A DNA stretch of 64,000 nt from Leucoraja erinacea (Eukaryota): positions 25,854,001-25,918,000 of the forward strand of contig NC_073398.1 in assembly GCF_028641065.1 (NCBI RefSeq), read 5' to 3'. The position numbers and the translations under genes were made by a program. How positions within the stretch are numbered: the stretch's first letter is position 1; each line of letters begins with the position of its first letter. Below are positions 13,622-42,400 of this stretch, in pieces. The notes under the pieces were generated by a model. The model did no database searches and had not been told where the DNA came from. It saw only the letters and a list, made by a program, of their open reading frames with translations.

Positions 13622-14445
13622 TAGATCTCATTCCTCCGAAATTTTCGCCATCTCCAACGGGATCCCAACACATCTTCCCACCTCCACCCCTTTCCACCTT
13701 CCGCAGAGACCGTTCCCTTCCGCAACTCCCTGGTTAACTCATCCCTTCCCACCCAAACCACCCCCTCCCCAGGTACCTTCCCCTGCAACCGCAGAAGATA
13801 CAACACCTGTCCCTATACCTCCTCCCTCAACTCTGTCCAGGGACCCCAACAGTCCTTTCAGGTTAGGCAGAGGTTCACTTGCACCTCCTCCAACCTCGTC
13901 TACTGTAACCATTGTTAAAGATGTGGACTCTTACACATCGGAGAGACCAAATGTAGACTGTTCAATTGTTTTGCTGAATACCTTAGTTCAGTCAGCCTGA
14001 ACCTACCTGATCTCCAGATTGCTAAACCCTTGGTCTAATGTTAGGTCTCCCCCATTGTCAGAGTGAGGCTAAGCACAAATTGGAGGAACAGCATCTCATA
14101 TTTCTCTTGGGCAGCTGACAGCCCAGTGGTATGAATATTGATATATCTAACTTCAGGAAGCCCCGGCATTCCTTGTCTCTCTATCCCACCCCCACTTAGG
14201 TCGCAACAGCTTCTCATTTTCACCCAACCAACAGCTAACAATGGCCTGTTTCTTTTATCATCGTTACTTTTTTGCACATCTTTCATTCATTGTGCTTTAT
14301 CTCTCTACATCACCGTCAATATCTCGCGTTTCCCTTATCCCTAACCAGTCTGAAGAAGGGTCTCGACTCGAAACGTCACCTATTCCTTCTCTCCAGAAAT
14401 GCTGCCGATCCCTCTGTGTTACTACAGCTTTTTGTGTCTATCTTC
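13622..14445 (+). mobile_element. Penelope-like element 3' portion (GIY-YIG remnant and pLTR)
   Basis: ctcttacacatcggagagaccaaa (YIGET-like), ttggaggaacagcatctcatattt (LEEQHLIF), ends in ctgaagaagggtctcgactcgaaacgtc...agatgctgc-type tail. Confidence 0.85.
14350..14378 (+). ncRNA. Minimal hammerhead-ribozyme core of a Penelope pLTR
   Basis: CTGAAGA-A-GGGT(CTCG)ACTC-GAAAC-GTC: conserved core boxes, stem II with one G:U pair, GUC site. Confidence 0.6.
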
Positions 14446-14904
14446 TGGATTTCATTTACACCTTGTTTGAAAGCTTCCTAATTTCCTTCACACATAATGG
14501 GCTCTCGATGTAAAACGAAATAACTTCTCTGTATAGGTACGATAAAAATCCCTTAAAACTCATGAGTTTTTCTCCTTATTTTCCTCTTCTAGATATATTC
14601 TCATCCCTATCTGAATGCCCCTTCTCTAAGACCAAATGTTAACTTCACTGATCTGGGACCCGCGCCCATTCCAATCCATTACACTCCGAATTGTCCCTGT
14701 CTGTTTCAAGTTCTTATCGGAATCTGGTGAGGCCGGTGGTTTGGGAAGGTCCAGTACCTCGTCTGAGGAGGCATCGGACCCTCTGCAATCAGGACTCGAG
14801 GAAGGTCAGATTAGCAATGTGATTGGAAATCTTTGCAACCTTTGCCAGTCTGTGGTGGACCCAGCAGTCCCTTCACTTTACATTGTTAGCTCAGAAATTG
14901 ACCA

Positions 14905-15096
14905 GGTTGAGACACGTCATCAATCTTGAAATGGCTGTTGCTGGGACACGGCAATGACAGCGGCGGCTGCCCGGGAAAAGCTCACTGATCCCCCCCGGGA
15001 GGCGGAGAAAGGAGTCGCGCTGCACTCAATTGTTGTGGTAATCCTTGGCAGGCAGCATTCTGCTCCGGTACCAAAACCAAACAAAAAAGCGTGAGT
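14905..15096 (+). promoter_or_regulatory. Candidate promoter and non-coding first exon of the ODF3B-like gene
   Basis: Local CpG cluster; CRE-like CACGTCA (~14913-14919); X-box-like GTTGCTGGGACAC (14937-14949); donor GTGAGT at 15091; acceptor AG at 16155-16156 just upstream of the ATG. Confidence 0.45.
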
Positions 15097-16160
15097 GGCT
15101 GATTAAAGGTCTGGGATGGGGACACGCGAGGTCATTGTTGAACGCCCGCTGCTTTCACACTGACACCTTCAAATTCCAAAAGGGCAACATGTGAGATATT
15201 GTTGAAAAATTCGTTTAAACAAACGCACCCTTTATAACGACGTCAATCTTTGTAAAGCCCAGTTGCCGGAGGATCTCACGCCAACAGCAAAAGTGAATCT
15301 AAAGGGTCAGAACCGAAACGTCTTCTACCCATTCCCTCCACTGTTGCTGCCCAATTCCCTGAGTTCCTCCAGCACTTTGTTTTTTTTTCAAGATTCAAGC
15401 ATCTGCAGTCTCTTATGTTTCCAAAGGTGAGATCGTTATTTGGATCTGAGGGCTACTGGTGGCCAGAGGAGTGGACCCATGCGCTCACCAACAGCCTCCA
15501 GTCTGAGGCTGGGAGTGGAATGAGGGTAGTGTAACGATTGCTTGTCAGGCTATCTAAAAATCAAATTTCCCGTCAAAGGCCACTCTCTCCTCTTCACCTT
15601 GGTGGACCAGTCTGCCTCCGGCAGGGTGAACGATCCCCAATTGTTTACCACTCGGTTTAGTTTGAGTTACCTTGTGTGTGGTTAGGATGAGTAATGTTCT
15701 ATTTTGCTGTAAACCAAAAACCAATGTGGATGTTGGGAATCGGAGATAAATGTATAAAATGCCAAAACCACTTGGGTAATTGTTGGTCTCCACTCATTCC
15801 CACAAGATATTCCCTTCAATATCACCACCCGATTTCTCTTCAATGTAAAATATATGCAACTCTCCTACCGCCGATGAAAGATTATCTGTTCTGTACAGAT
15901 GCTGCCTGACCTGCTGAATATTTTCAGCGTTTTTGTTTTCGTTTTGTACTTTGCGGCAAGTCAGAAAAGTCGGTCGTTTTCCCGAGAAGATCCGGCGATG
16001 GGGGGGGCGGTATCTATCCATATATGTCTAAGAGAATATACAGCTAGGGCAAGAATGTCTGACTCCATGCTTATAAACCGCCGACCATTCAACGGTGATT
16101 CCAAGCTTGACTATATGTCCAATCCTTATGGGGTTTTTTTGAATTCACATTACCAGATAA

Positions 16161-30726
<14,566 letters not shown>

Positions 30727-31423
30727 GAATCAACTACACAACCAGCCGCAATTCCCGGCATAATCCTGTATTGCTAAAATGTCAATTGTACTTCTTAAAA
30801 AAAATCTTTCATTTAAATACCTAATTCTTTTTCACCCTGTGTGTGTGATGTATAACCTGGAAGCTTTCTTCATTATGATTTTGGTGATGAAGCTTAACAA
30901 CCCCCAATCCCAACAAATACCATGCACTTGTCAATGTCCCAAAGACAGAGATTTCCAGGTTAGTTCCAGGTCTAAGTGACAGATGGACTCCAAACGTATT
31001 TACCCTTTAGGAACTCAAGCAGAGATTCAGCGGTGATTGTTACTTTTCATCCTTCAGGTATGCCAAGTAATTTTGAGACTGCATGACCTGACATTTTCAT
31101 GGTCAGGAGGGAATAGACAAGTGAATCCTCTGCATTCATTTCTTCTTTAATTTGGCTACTGTGGATTTGTGTTGGGGATTATAATAAAAATGGTTCTGGA
31201 TGATGCAGCACAATTTGTGGAATGGCTTTAATTTTTTTTTCAGTCTTACTGATTCAGATTCAGATTCAATCTTTATTGTCATTGTGCAGTGTACAGTACA
31301 GAGACAACGAAATGCAATAGTGAAGGTAGGCACAGAAGGTGTATCTGCTTGCCTTTGCATCTCATTTAGATCCCAATTGCCTTTGCATCTCAATTGCTGG
31401 CATTAAAGAAGATAGATGGGTAT

Positions 31424-31832
31424 TTAGTTTGGGTAGAAAGGAACTGCAGATGCTGGTTTACACTGAAGATAGACACAAAATGCTGGAGTAACTCAGCGGG
31501 ACAAGCAGCATCTCTGGATAGAAGGAATGGTTGAAGTTTCGGGTTGAGACCTTTCTTCAGACTGAGAGTCAAGAGTGAGGGAGACACAGAGACATGGAAG
31601 GGTAAGGTGCAAAAACGAGATATCAAAGGGGACGAAGAACAAGGAAAATGTAGAATAGATCATTGTTAGCTAGGGGAAGGTGACAACGAAGCATACAAAG
31701 ATATACAAATTTGGACAAAGACCAGACTGGTCGGAGAACTAGGATGGGGGAGGGATGGAGAGAGAGGAAAAGCTAAGGTTACTTGAAATTAGAGAAGTCG
31801 GGGTTGTAAGCTGCTTAAGCGAAATATGAGGT
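31424..31832 (-). mobile_element. Penelope pLTR-derived fragment
   Basis: Reverse complement contains tcagtctgaagaaaggtctcaacccgaaac and agatgctgc..ctgagttactccagcattttgtgtc. Confidence 0.8.
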
Positions 31833-32904
31833 TGGTGAGATGAAATATTAGTTTGATGAGCTCAGCCAAACCAGACCATCAGGCAAAATAAAATTCTCTT
31901 GGTTTTGTTTTGGATGGGAGCCAAAGGGGATTCAACCCTTGTTCCTCCAGTCGTGATCAGAAAACACTGCTTCAGTGATTATTAGAGAAGAGAAATGAGT
32001 TTGCCCTGGTGGAGCCTGGAAAAATTATTAGGGTTGGGATCACTTCAGTGGTGGGATGGTGAAATACTAAAACTGAGAAGAATTTACAACATTTACCACT
32101 GAGAATGACTCGAGAGGGTTTGTACTATGAGTATGATGATATGGGGTTTATTGTGCTGAGAGAGAGAGAGAGTAATTTGCGATTAAGAAAATCTAAAATA
32201 AACATGGTTATGGCAGGGCAATATTTTCCAAATCAATGGAAGAAATGGGAGATAGTTACAATAAGAAAAATAATAATATTTTACTTTTGTGCAAAGGAAA
32301 TATCAATATGTACAAACTGTCTGAATGTGTTAATAAAAATAAAAAGTATGCCTTTCACTTAAATTAATCTGTGTAATTCACTTCAACTCCAGTTTCTCAT
32401 CATTCTATGGCTGTAAAAGTTTATTGTAAATTCCGTTTGATTTCTTGGTGGCAGCTTTCTGTTGACAGCTTCTATTCTCCTGTTCCTTATAAGTGGAAAG
32501 GTTCTATCTATATCTACTCAAAAATCTACACAATGTTAATGCTTCCATGGGGAAAAAAGGATGTGGATACAGATGAGGGGCGGGGGGTGGGGGGTGAAAG
32601 GCAGATGGTTGGACAAAGGCCAGAGATGAAAAGACAGGGCAGCGCAGTATAAGGTCACTTCCTGACTGGCCGCGTCAGTGGCCATGACCGACAACAGCCC
32701 TGGCTCGCTGCCGCGCTACCCAGAACCAGCCTAGAAAGGTTGCCGCTAGGCACGGCCTCTTCTCACCCCATGGATCGGAGAGGAGGGAGCTGGACCAAGG
32801 GCCAGTAAGCACACTGGCAGCAGGAGGCAGTGTGAGGCCCACCGGAGGCCATACAACAGCCTGGGGGGACTCAACCCAAGGGCCCAGTAAGCCGTACTCT
32901 CGGA

Positions 32905-33700
32905 TTTTTAATCTTTTACCCAAGTCCCAACATTCATTTTGCAGGACCTCATCCCCTTTCCTTCCTTTGTCATTAATGCCAATGAGCATAACGACTTCCG
33001 GCTGTTCACCCTCCTCCTTGAGAATGTTCTGCAACCGCTCGGAGATGTCCTGGACCCTGGCACCAGGGAGGCAGCACACCATCCTGGCATCTTGAATGTT
33101 GCCACAGGATGTCCTGTCTGTCCCTCAAACTAACAAGTCTCCAATCACTATGGCACTGTCTGACATTTCACTTCCCCAAAGTCTCCCTTAGTCATGAACA
33201 CCTCACTGTAATGCATATCACTCACATCATTAGATAATCCTGAGGTCATTCAGCTGCAGCTTCAGTTCCTTAACACGGACCATAGGGAGGTGCAGCAGAA
33301 CGCAGATGCTGTAGTGGTGGTCCTCAGGGGAATTGAAAATCATCGCCACAACACCTAAAACCTTGGAAAAGTTGCAGAGCAAAACAGATTGCACCTTAAC
33401 CTGCTGTTACCCTTATCTCAGTCCTCTTGTTGAAGCCCCATGAACCATTTACCCTCAGCACAGCACCTCACCTCAGCACGGCATCTCCCGACATGGCAGC
33501 TCCGCTAAACCTTCACTTCTTTTTATTGCCTGCTCTCTCTTCCCGAGCCAATCAAAAGCCTGCTTTTTTTTAAATGTCCCTCGCTCACTTGAAAAAGCTT
33601 TTTTCCCCCAATCAAAAACAATTCTTTCTCTCAACTTTTCTGCCGATTTTTCAAAAATGCTTTCTTTCTTCTTAAGCCTTCTCAACTTTTAAAGATAAAA
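32905..33700 (-). mobile_element. CR1 5' region with ORF1 SGNH/esterase remnant
   Basis: VCCLPGARVQDISERLQNILKEEGEQPEVVMLIGIND is the CR1 ORF1 esterase motif. Confidence 0.8.
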
Positions 33701-34271
33701 AATAATCTCCCACAGTTCTGCAATTTTTCTTCCTTTTATTAGCCACAGCACTCATCAAAGCAAGTGAAGAACATCAATGACACTTTGACTTGGGTACAGT
33801 GGAAAGACTGTAGCCTAAAACTTGGATCAACTAACATCCGTTTTTGGGGGACCCTAATCATTCAAGAATCAGTTTTACTTCGATGAGATCATACCAGTAT
33901 AATTTCATCACCAAATATACAAGGAACAAGTCAAAGTGTGATTGTTGCTCTTCACTTTCTTTGATGAGAGCTGCTCCACCATGACTCAAGAAATTCAATC
34001 TCACCATGACAAACCAATCCACTTGATTGGTGTGGCCTCTACCACCTTAAAAATGTTCTCCTTTTATTGCAAAAAGACACAAAGCTCTGGAGTAACCCAC
34101 GGGTCAGAACATAGATAGACAACGTTTCAATGTCCGCACAGGAACCTTGTGCAGACATTGTTGCCGCAAGGCAGATGTGGTACGTCACATCTACAAAATC
34201 AACTACAAATGCCTTAGTTGCCTACTATATTGCATTTATAATCCTTATGACCTTTACCACTTAAAAGGTGG

Positions 34272-34740
34272 ATGGTTTACAAGAATTATCCCAGGGATGA
34301 TTGGGTTAACATATGATGAGTGTTTGACGGCACTGGGCCTGGTCTCACAGGAGTTTAGAAGGATGAGGGGACACCTCATTTTAAATTTATCAAATAGTGA
34401 AAAGTCTGGATAGAGTGGAGGTGGAGAGGACATTTCGACTAGTGGGACAGTCTAGGACCAGAGACCATAGCCTCAGAATAAAAGGACATACCTTCGGAAA
34501 GGAGATGAGGAGCAATTTCTTTAGTCAGAGGGTGATGAATCTGTGGAATTGAAAGGCTGTGGAGATCATAAAATGGGTATTTTTAAGGTGGAGATTGATA
34601 GATTCTTGATTAGTACCAGCGTCAGGGGTTACACGGAGAAGGTAGGAGAATGGAATTGTGAGAGAAAGATAGATCAGCCATGATTGGATGACGGAGTAGA
34701 CCTGATGGGCCAAATGGCCTAAATCAGCTCCTGCAACTTA
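34272..34740 (+). mobile_element. CR1 3' fragment
   Basis: [29 protein letters not shown] and 3' UTR. Confidence 0.85.
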
Positions 34741-36302
34741 AAAGGGAAAGAGCAATAGGCACCTGTAAATTTCAAATGTTTTCTCCAAGTCACGCATCTT
34801 TTTGTTGGTTCTTTGTGATTGCCAAAATTCCAGAGCTCCTCCAATTGTGCCACCCTCTCTCGAATTGCACTATGGGCATGTCTTCATCTTTGCGACTCTT
34901 TGAGAAGGTGGGCATTTACAGAAAAGTAATAAATGCGAGCATAGCAATATTAACCACAAATGATTTAAAAGTAGTCCCAACAATATCTCAAAGAGAACAC
35001 ATATAATCTGATTGAAGTAGATGTTTAATGAAACTCTCACTGGCAACTTCCTCTGTGATTCTACCCATTGATTGTAACAATGATTTCCTCGAAAACATTT
35101 TTTTATTTACATCAGTATGCAGAACTGCTCAACATAACATCTTACAAATACTTCTCCTTAAAATGCTAAAAAGGCACATTAACTTGGACGTTTCCACATT
35201 AACAGAATACATCAGTCATCAAGTGATGCTAGTAATTAATTTAATTCGTAGAGTTCTATGAGAGTTGAAACATGGCTTTGATCATTTTGTGAAATGTGGT
35301 GGCCATGTAAAACTCTATGATTTCCAGTATTTTAGTCACAAAGAAAAGAGAATATCTGTAAGTTTTAAAATCTTGACTTCATTAAACTATGGCCTGAAGC
35401 ACATGGTGCAGTAATGAAGCAGAGTGAAGACTACTTCACATTCAAGGCTAAACAATATGCACAGATGAAGACAAAGCTGTATATGACAGTGAATCAATTC
35501 CCACATCCATATGTTAAATGTTAGTAAATTCATCTGCTTCATCAGAATGAAATAAAAATATTCCAACTACAAAATATGATTATTTTTCAACCTGAAATAT
35601 TATTTTCTTTCCACAATGCTGCCTGATCTGCTGAACGACTCCAACATTTTTTGTTTTTATTATTTATCAGTTTCTTCAGTTCACAGAAATGAGCCATACG
35701 CAGTACTGTGTGAATTTGAGTGAGCTACTTGTTGTAAACATTTTTCACGGTCTTCAAAATGGAACGTCTGATTTTAGAAGTGATGTTGCTGTGTTGTCAA
35801 ATTAACCATTACGATGAATATATCCAGGGGGTGGCTGCTACCATTCACTGTACAGTCGGAGCATTATAAATGACAACGAAGGTCACTGAGTAGCAAACCT
35901 AACATCACCTCTCATTCCATCTTATTACAGGAGGTCAAGAATAGTAGCAATAATTTTAGCAGTCACACTGCGAATGGCTGCAGACTAGGTCACCCTATGG
36001 GATTTGTTCTTTAGTTTTGTTTGAGAAAGCATGTTGTACACAGAACTTTCTTTGACATGTTAGTTTAACAGCATGATTTTCATGTTTAAAGATTAATTGA
36101 TTCATCAGTGCTGGAGTCAGTACCTTTTTATTCTGCCCAATTACTGTATATATGTAAGAGAAAGCTTCAGGTATAATTGTGTGACATTTTGAGAGTCTTT
36201 TTTATTCTTTTAGCTCCCAGGTAACAGTATTTGAGTAGAAACTAGGTTCTCAGCTGATGCGCTGATTTGCTGATGCCTGATGTCCTGTCTGTCTCCTCCA
36301 CT

Positions 36303-36430
36303 TCACACACTGTGCCTTCGATTATGAATCATTGCCACAATGTGACTGAGATCAAGACTTTTCATCATCACCTCACAAAACTCGTTATCTTTCTTGGCTC
36401 CTTCTACAAACTCTGGAAGGGAAAGTTCCC
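36303..36430 (-). CDS. GUCA1A: GCAP1-like exon 4
   Basis: [42 protein letters not shown]-stop; ttacAG acceptor. Confidence 0.92.
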
Positions 36431-39400
36431 CTGTAAGCAAAGTGCAGGCAAAGAGAAAATAATTAATGTCTGTAGTTAATGCTAGTGCAGAAAAGCTAGA
36501 TTGAAACAAATAAGTCCATTCGGACAATGAGAAAAAAGAGAAGTTGCATTTATACTAGCTTTTCACAACACAAGGATGCCTAAACATCCTTGAAAAATTA
36601 AAGACCGGCAACAAAGCAAACATTATAAGGTCCCTCCAACAGCAATAATTGTCAATGGCTAATGGGCAGGATGGACCATCTAATAACATTGGATAGTGAT
36701 AGTTAGAGCAAAGTTGTCAGCACGAAGGGCTTTAAATCAAAGATAAATCAATTCTGTGAATACTTTAGAGGAGGATCAGCCTTGTCGAGGGAAGTGAAAT
36801 GAAGATAGCAACAACACATGGCCACTGAAGGCTGAAAACGGATTAACACTTGAGGGTGGAATTCAAGTATCTGAGCATTTAAACATGTGTCAGAGGTAGA
36901 TTAACAATACTGGGAAGCAAGGGTTATACAAGCTAGCACTGAGGGAGTGAGAGTTAGAGAACAATCAAGAGTTTAAGGAAGTGAGATTTGGAGAGAGATT
37001 CAGAGCCTGGGAGAAATCACCAGTTTTGTGATGGTGCCTAGATTAGGTTTTGCCAGAACAGTTCTGCTTCAGGCCTCTTCACCTGAGGTCAAACTTAGAC
37101 AAAATGGTTGAATTTGTAGGTGACGCAAAAATGATTTTATTTGATCTCCATTCTGTGTTTGACAGAAGGTGGTATCAAGTAATGCTTGATACAGATACCA
37201 ATGGGTACCAATAGGAAAGCCCTTGTTCAAAGGAGACCCATACGACAAACATAAGAATGCGTGGGTCTTAAAAGGAGGCACGAGGTCCAGTGTTTGAGAA
37301 GCACCTTTATTTTATTCCTCCCGGTTGAAGGGAAGACGAAACCAGAGAAAAATGGCACCCAAACCCTGCCTTTTAAACCCTCCGGCTGAGGGCCGCCTCC
37401 GGACTGCACCACTCCTGTGCCGAGGGCTTCGGCAGTATAATGGCACGACCCTTAGGAGCCGCCACAAGAACATGATTGCAGTTGATGGATATCAATCATC
37501 CCAGTCCCAGGACATCAGTGCAATGGTCCCTCTGGGCAGAGTCATAAGGACAATCAAATTCCATTATTTCAGCAATAACCTCTCCTTTATGCTAAGGTCA
37601 GAAGTGAGGATATGATTATGCAATTTTTAATTCCCTTTGCAATTCCTTAACAAAAAAAGCAGAGTATGCCTTCATGCAGCAAGACGTGGACAACATTCAG
37701 GCAAGGGCAAGTAATGCTCATGCTACAAAAGTGCCAGGTAACGATCATTTCAAGAAAGACACAGACTAACAACTTAACCTTAACATTCAATGGGATTAGC
37801 ATCGTCCAGTCCTCCACTATTAACATCTTGGGGGTAAACGCTAACTAGAACTCAATTGAACCAGGCACATAGAACTAGCATTAGAGCCAATCTTGTGCGC
37901 TGATTAATCTCCTAATGCCACAGTGCCTCTCACCCATCCACAAAGCACAAGCTGACAGCATAAAGTATTTCACACATGCCTAGATAGATGAGTGTAGTTC
38001 TAAAATCTCACGAAACTCAACACCATCTAGGTATTGCACCACACATAATTGTTACTCTAAAAACAACCCAAAACATTTATCGCCTAAATTATTGGTTCAC
38101 AATGTGTGTCATCTATGAAATGCCCAGCAGTTATTCACCTGTGCTGCTCTTGTATCTCACAAGCCGACATCATCCACTATCTAGAAAGATGAATACAGCA
38201 GGCACAAGGGAATACTTTCACTTGCAGGTTCTCCTATAAGAGGCCTCCAACTTGATTTGGAAACACATTACCGTTCCTTCAATATCGTTGAATGTAAACC
38301 GTAGAACACCATAAAAAACAGAACTGCATAATAACTTCAGCAGAAGGATTGCAACATTTCAGGAATATGTTCATCACCACTATCTCAAAGGCAATTTTGA
38401 ACGAGCAATAAATGTTCCCCTTCCATGTGACATCTGGTCTCACCAAAATAAAAAAAAGTCAGGAACATAATGGAATATTCTCCACTTTCTTGGCTAATGC
38501 CTTTCTTTCATTGTTACTGGGTCTAAATCATTAAACTCGCTCCACAACAGCACCAATGGAGTGTCTTCCAGAAGATGCCCCCATGATAAAAAACGAAAAG
38601 ATAAAACAACATGTTACTAGATGACTTCAGGCTGCGGCTTATTGCAGCATTTCTTGCCTTTAAAATAACTACTCCAACTCTCATTATCCAGGGTTTGCTC
38701 TTGAATAAACAATATATAAAGAAAGAGGATGAACAGTGTATATGGACTTGTAAAGTAGCTGGAAACTCATAAGAAATCAGAAAGGAACACATTACTCACC
38801 ATCTCCATTGATGTCAATTTTGTCAAAGACTCGGTTTGTGAAGTCCTCTGCTGACTGATCCTGGTGAGTGCCATTAATGGCACGCATAGCCTGTGGATAA
38901 AATATGTCAATGTGTCACATAAATGTTGTTCTGTTACGAGGAGGAAAAGGCACTGAGGGATAGCATTGCAAAAAAGTGTTTAACTGTCGGCTTCAAGTAA
39001 GACTTTGAGGCAATAATAGATCTTTCTTCCTGACAGAATAGTGGTTAAAAGAGGCACAGATCAAGGATTACCACTGGAAGAATGAAGTTGTAATTAAATA
39101 AATGCTTTTACACAGAGGGTGATTTGAAACTGAATAGTTTTAAGACAAATGATTATTGAAACTGAGGCCAGAGCATTATTCAAACAGAAGTGAATAAAAA
39201 ATTGATAAAGAAAGGAATCAGTGAAAGGACATGTAGGGGAAAGGTATGAATCATTACAAATGAAGAACTGGCACAAGCTCATGCATGGTGAACAAATAAG
39301 TTCTTTATGCTCCATCGTTTATTTGATTCTAGTTAATCAAAGTTATATACATAATTTAAGGAATAATTACATATGAATCATTATATAGCTTATTCCTCTT

Positions 39401-42400
39401 CAGTGGCCTAATATTTAATTGATACCCGTACCTCATTCACAAAATGAGATGGGGTGTTTATCCAAAATAAATCAGTTTTGTCTATGGTTTGCATACAATC
39501 CACTCACTCATAGATTTTTATCCCTCCACTTACCCCTTGAAGAATAGCCTTGCCTCCCTCGGAACTGAATATACTTGATCTTTCAATATCCAACTTTCAC
39601 TGATTCTTTTCATTGAATCTGGAAATTATTGGAAAGGCCAGCATTTATTCCCATACCAAATTGCCTCTTTCATAGTGTGTCAATCAAGCAAGCTGCTTTG
39701 TTCTGGATAGTGTCGAGCTTCCTGAGATTTGGAGGATCTGCACTCATCTTTAATTACTCTCATCTGAAGGCACGTCATTTCATTCTCCCATTTTCTCTGT
39801 CTCCATCGTTTCTACTCCACAGATGAGTTTCCACACAGGGGCCCCTGAAATGCCCGCCTTCTTCCTTTTTATGATTGTTGAAGGAACCAGTCTGTTCTCC
39901 TCCATTCTCCTCCTGTACAGAGGAGACATATTGTTCCCTGGTCTTTCCTTTCCAGCATTCAATGGATCATCCTTTGCAGTTTCAATGGTTTCACATTAAT
40001 CGAGAATCCACTACCTGACACACTTTTACTTTTCCAACCCTTTCTGCTCTCCTGATGCTGTTCCTTTTGAGATTTCCTTGTTCACTCTTTCATCGGCACC
40101 AAACAGTGCTCTTCTCAAAACATTTTTCCATGCAACCACAGCATATGCTACACCTGAGCTTTTACCTCTTCCGTTTCCACCATTCAGAAACCAACACAGC
40201 CCTTTCAGCTAAAGCTTTGATTTTATTCTAATGAACTGGATTAGGTGCTTATGATGTGGTCTCTACATTTGAAAAATGCAGATTTGGTGACCATTTTCTA
40301 GGTATCAAGTTTGCAGTGATTTCCAATGAGCTTTCAGTTACTGGCCACTTTAATTCTCTATCCTACTTACATTTATGCATGATATTACTCTCCCATTCTC
40401 TCATGAATATTTTTTTCGAAAAATTTTTTATACTGGCATGTCAGCCTAGATTATTGGCTCATCCCTGGTATGTGATTTGACCTTATGACCAAGGAGTAGA
40501 AATGCTACTGATTAAGGTAAAATGATAGATATAGATATAGATATGCCATTTATTGTCACTATACATGTACAATGAAATTAAAAGCTGCTCGTACTCAGTG
40601 CATACATATAATTTAGTACAAAAAACAAGAAACAGAAAAACAAAAACAGAAGGGAGAAGGGGGGGGGGGGGGGGGAATAGGTGCACAATTCTGTGGCGCT
40701 ATATACATATATACAGATGGAAGTCCGGGTGTTGGGCTGTGAAGTCAGTGCATGTGTGAATTTGAATTAAGAGTAGTTATAATTTTCGGAAAGCAACTAT
40801 TCCTGAGTCTATTTGTCCTGGATTTGATGCACCTATAGCGCCTTCCAGAGGGCAGCAGGTCGAACAGTCCAAACGCAGGATGGGAGCTGTCTTTGATGAT
40901 ATTCTTTGCCCTGCTAAGGCAGCGGGAGGTGTAGATATCCATCAGGGAGGGGAGAGGGCAACCAATGATCTTCTGCGCTGTCCTAGTTACCTTCTGATGC
41001 AAAACTAAGTGAGTCAATTCACTGATAAAAGATATTTCTAATTGTACTTATTACTTTTTTCTTCATCTTTTATTTTCGGACCTCAGATCTCAGAATTAAG
41101 CAGTGGTTAGAAAGTAAAACAATTAAATTCTTACTTGAGCCTGTAAAAGCTGCAGCAAGTAAGAATATCATTGTTCCGTTCCCAGTATGTACAACAATTC
41201 AATACTCTTGACCCTAACTCATTACCATAGGTAGAAATTCAGGATAATAGTTTTGTATCTTTTATAAGGAAACTAGATAAGTAAATGAGACAAACAAATT
41301 TACAAAAATTATGCTGAAAGAATGAGGTGGATGTAATTAGAGGAGATATGCATGGCGTATAAACATAGCACTTGACTGATTTATTTCTGTTATGTATAAT
41401 CTCTGAAATCCACTTGCTGACTAAGTCATTAAGATAGGAAATTGCCCCAGTAATTTTGGTATAGGAGTCAGTTCAATTGAAAAATTGCTTCCAAAAATGA
41501 CAGTCGAAAGAAGGGTCTTGACCCAAAACGTCATCCATTTATTCTCTCCAGAGATGCTGCCTGCCCCTCGGAGTTACTCCAGCATTTTGTGTCTACATAG
41601 AAAATAGGTGCAGGAGTAGGCCATTCGGCCCTTCGAGCCTACACCGCCATTCAATATGATCACGGCTCATCATCCAACTCAGTATCCCATCCCTGCCTTC
41701 TCTCCATACCGCCTGATCCCTTTAGCCACATCCAACTCTCTCTTAAATATAGCTTCCAATTTAACTCCCTCTTAACTATACCTTCAATTTAAACCAGCAT
41801 CTGCAGTTCTTTCCCACACATTTCCAAAAATGACAGCAGTTTCTCACCTTAATGATGTTCAGCAATTCATGCCTATCAATGCATCCATTACCATCCACAT
41901 CATAGAGCTTAAAGTACCAGCGTAGTTTCTGTTCCATCTTGCCTCGGAGGACCAAGCTAAGGGCAGCCACGTACTCCAAGAAATCAATGTAACCATCCTG
42001 CAATCAATGAAATCAAATATATTACCCCTTGGAAAAAACTGCAGATGCTGGTTTAAATGGAAGGTAGACACAAAATGCTAGGGCATCTCTGGTGAGAAGG
42101 AATTGGTGACGTTTTGGGTCGAGACCCTTCTTCAGCCTGATCAGTTCTGTATTTACCTGCCAAAATAACTCCAGGACTGCCGAATACCACAAAAATAGCT
42201 TGTGATTAATGTCAGGGTTGGTGTTGCAAGGACTCACTGATGGAACTGATCTTTATAGGTCAGATTGAATCTGAGCCCATAAAAAACAGGAGACTGAAAT
42301 TGTGCAGAGCAACAAACACTGTTGTATCAAGAGCTAATTACCTCAGCTTTCAGGTGCAATCCAGATTGAATGTCTCCATTATTATCTCAAGTATAATTAT

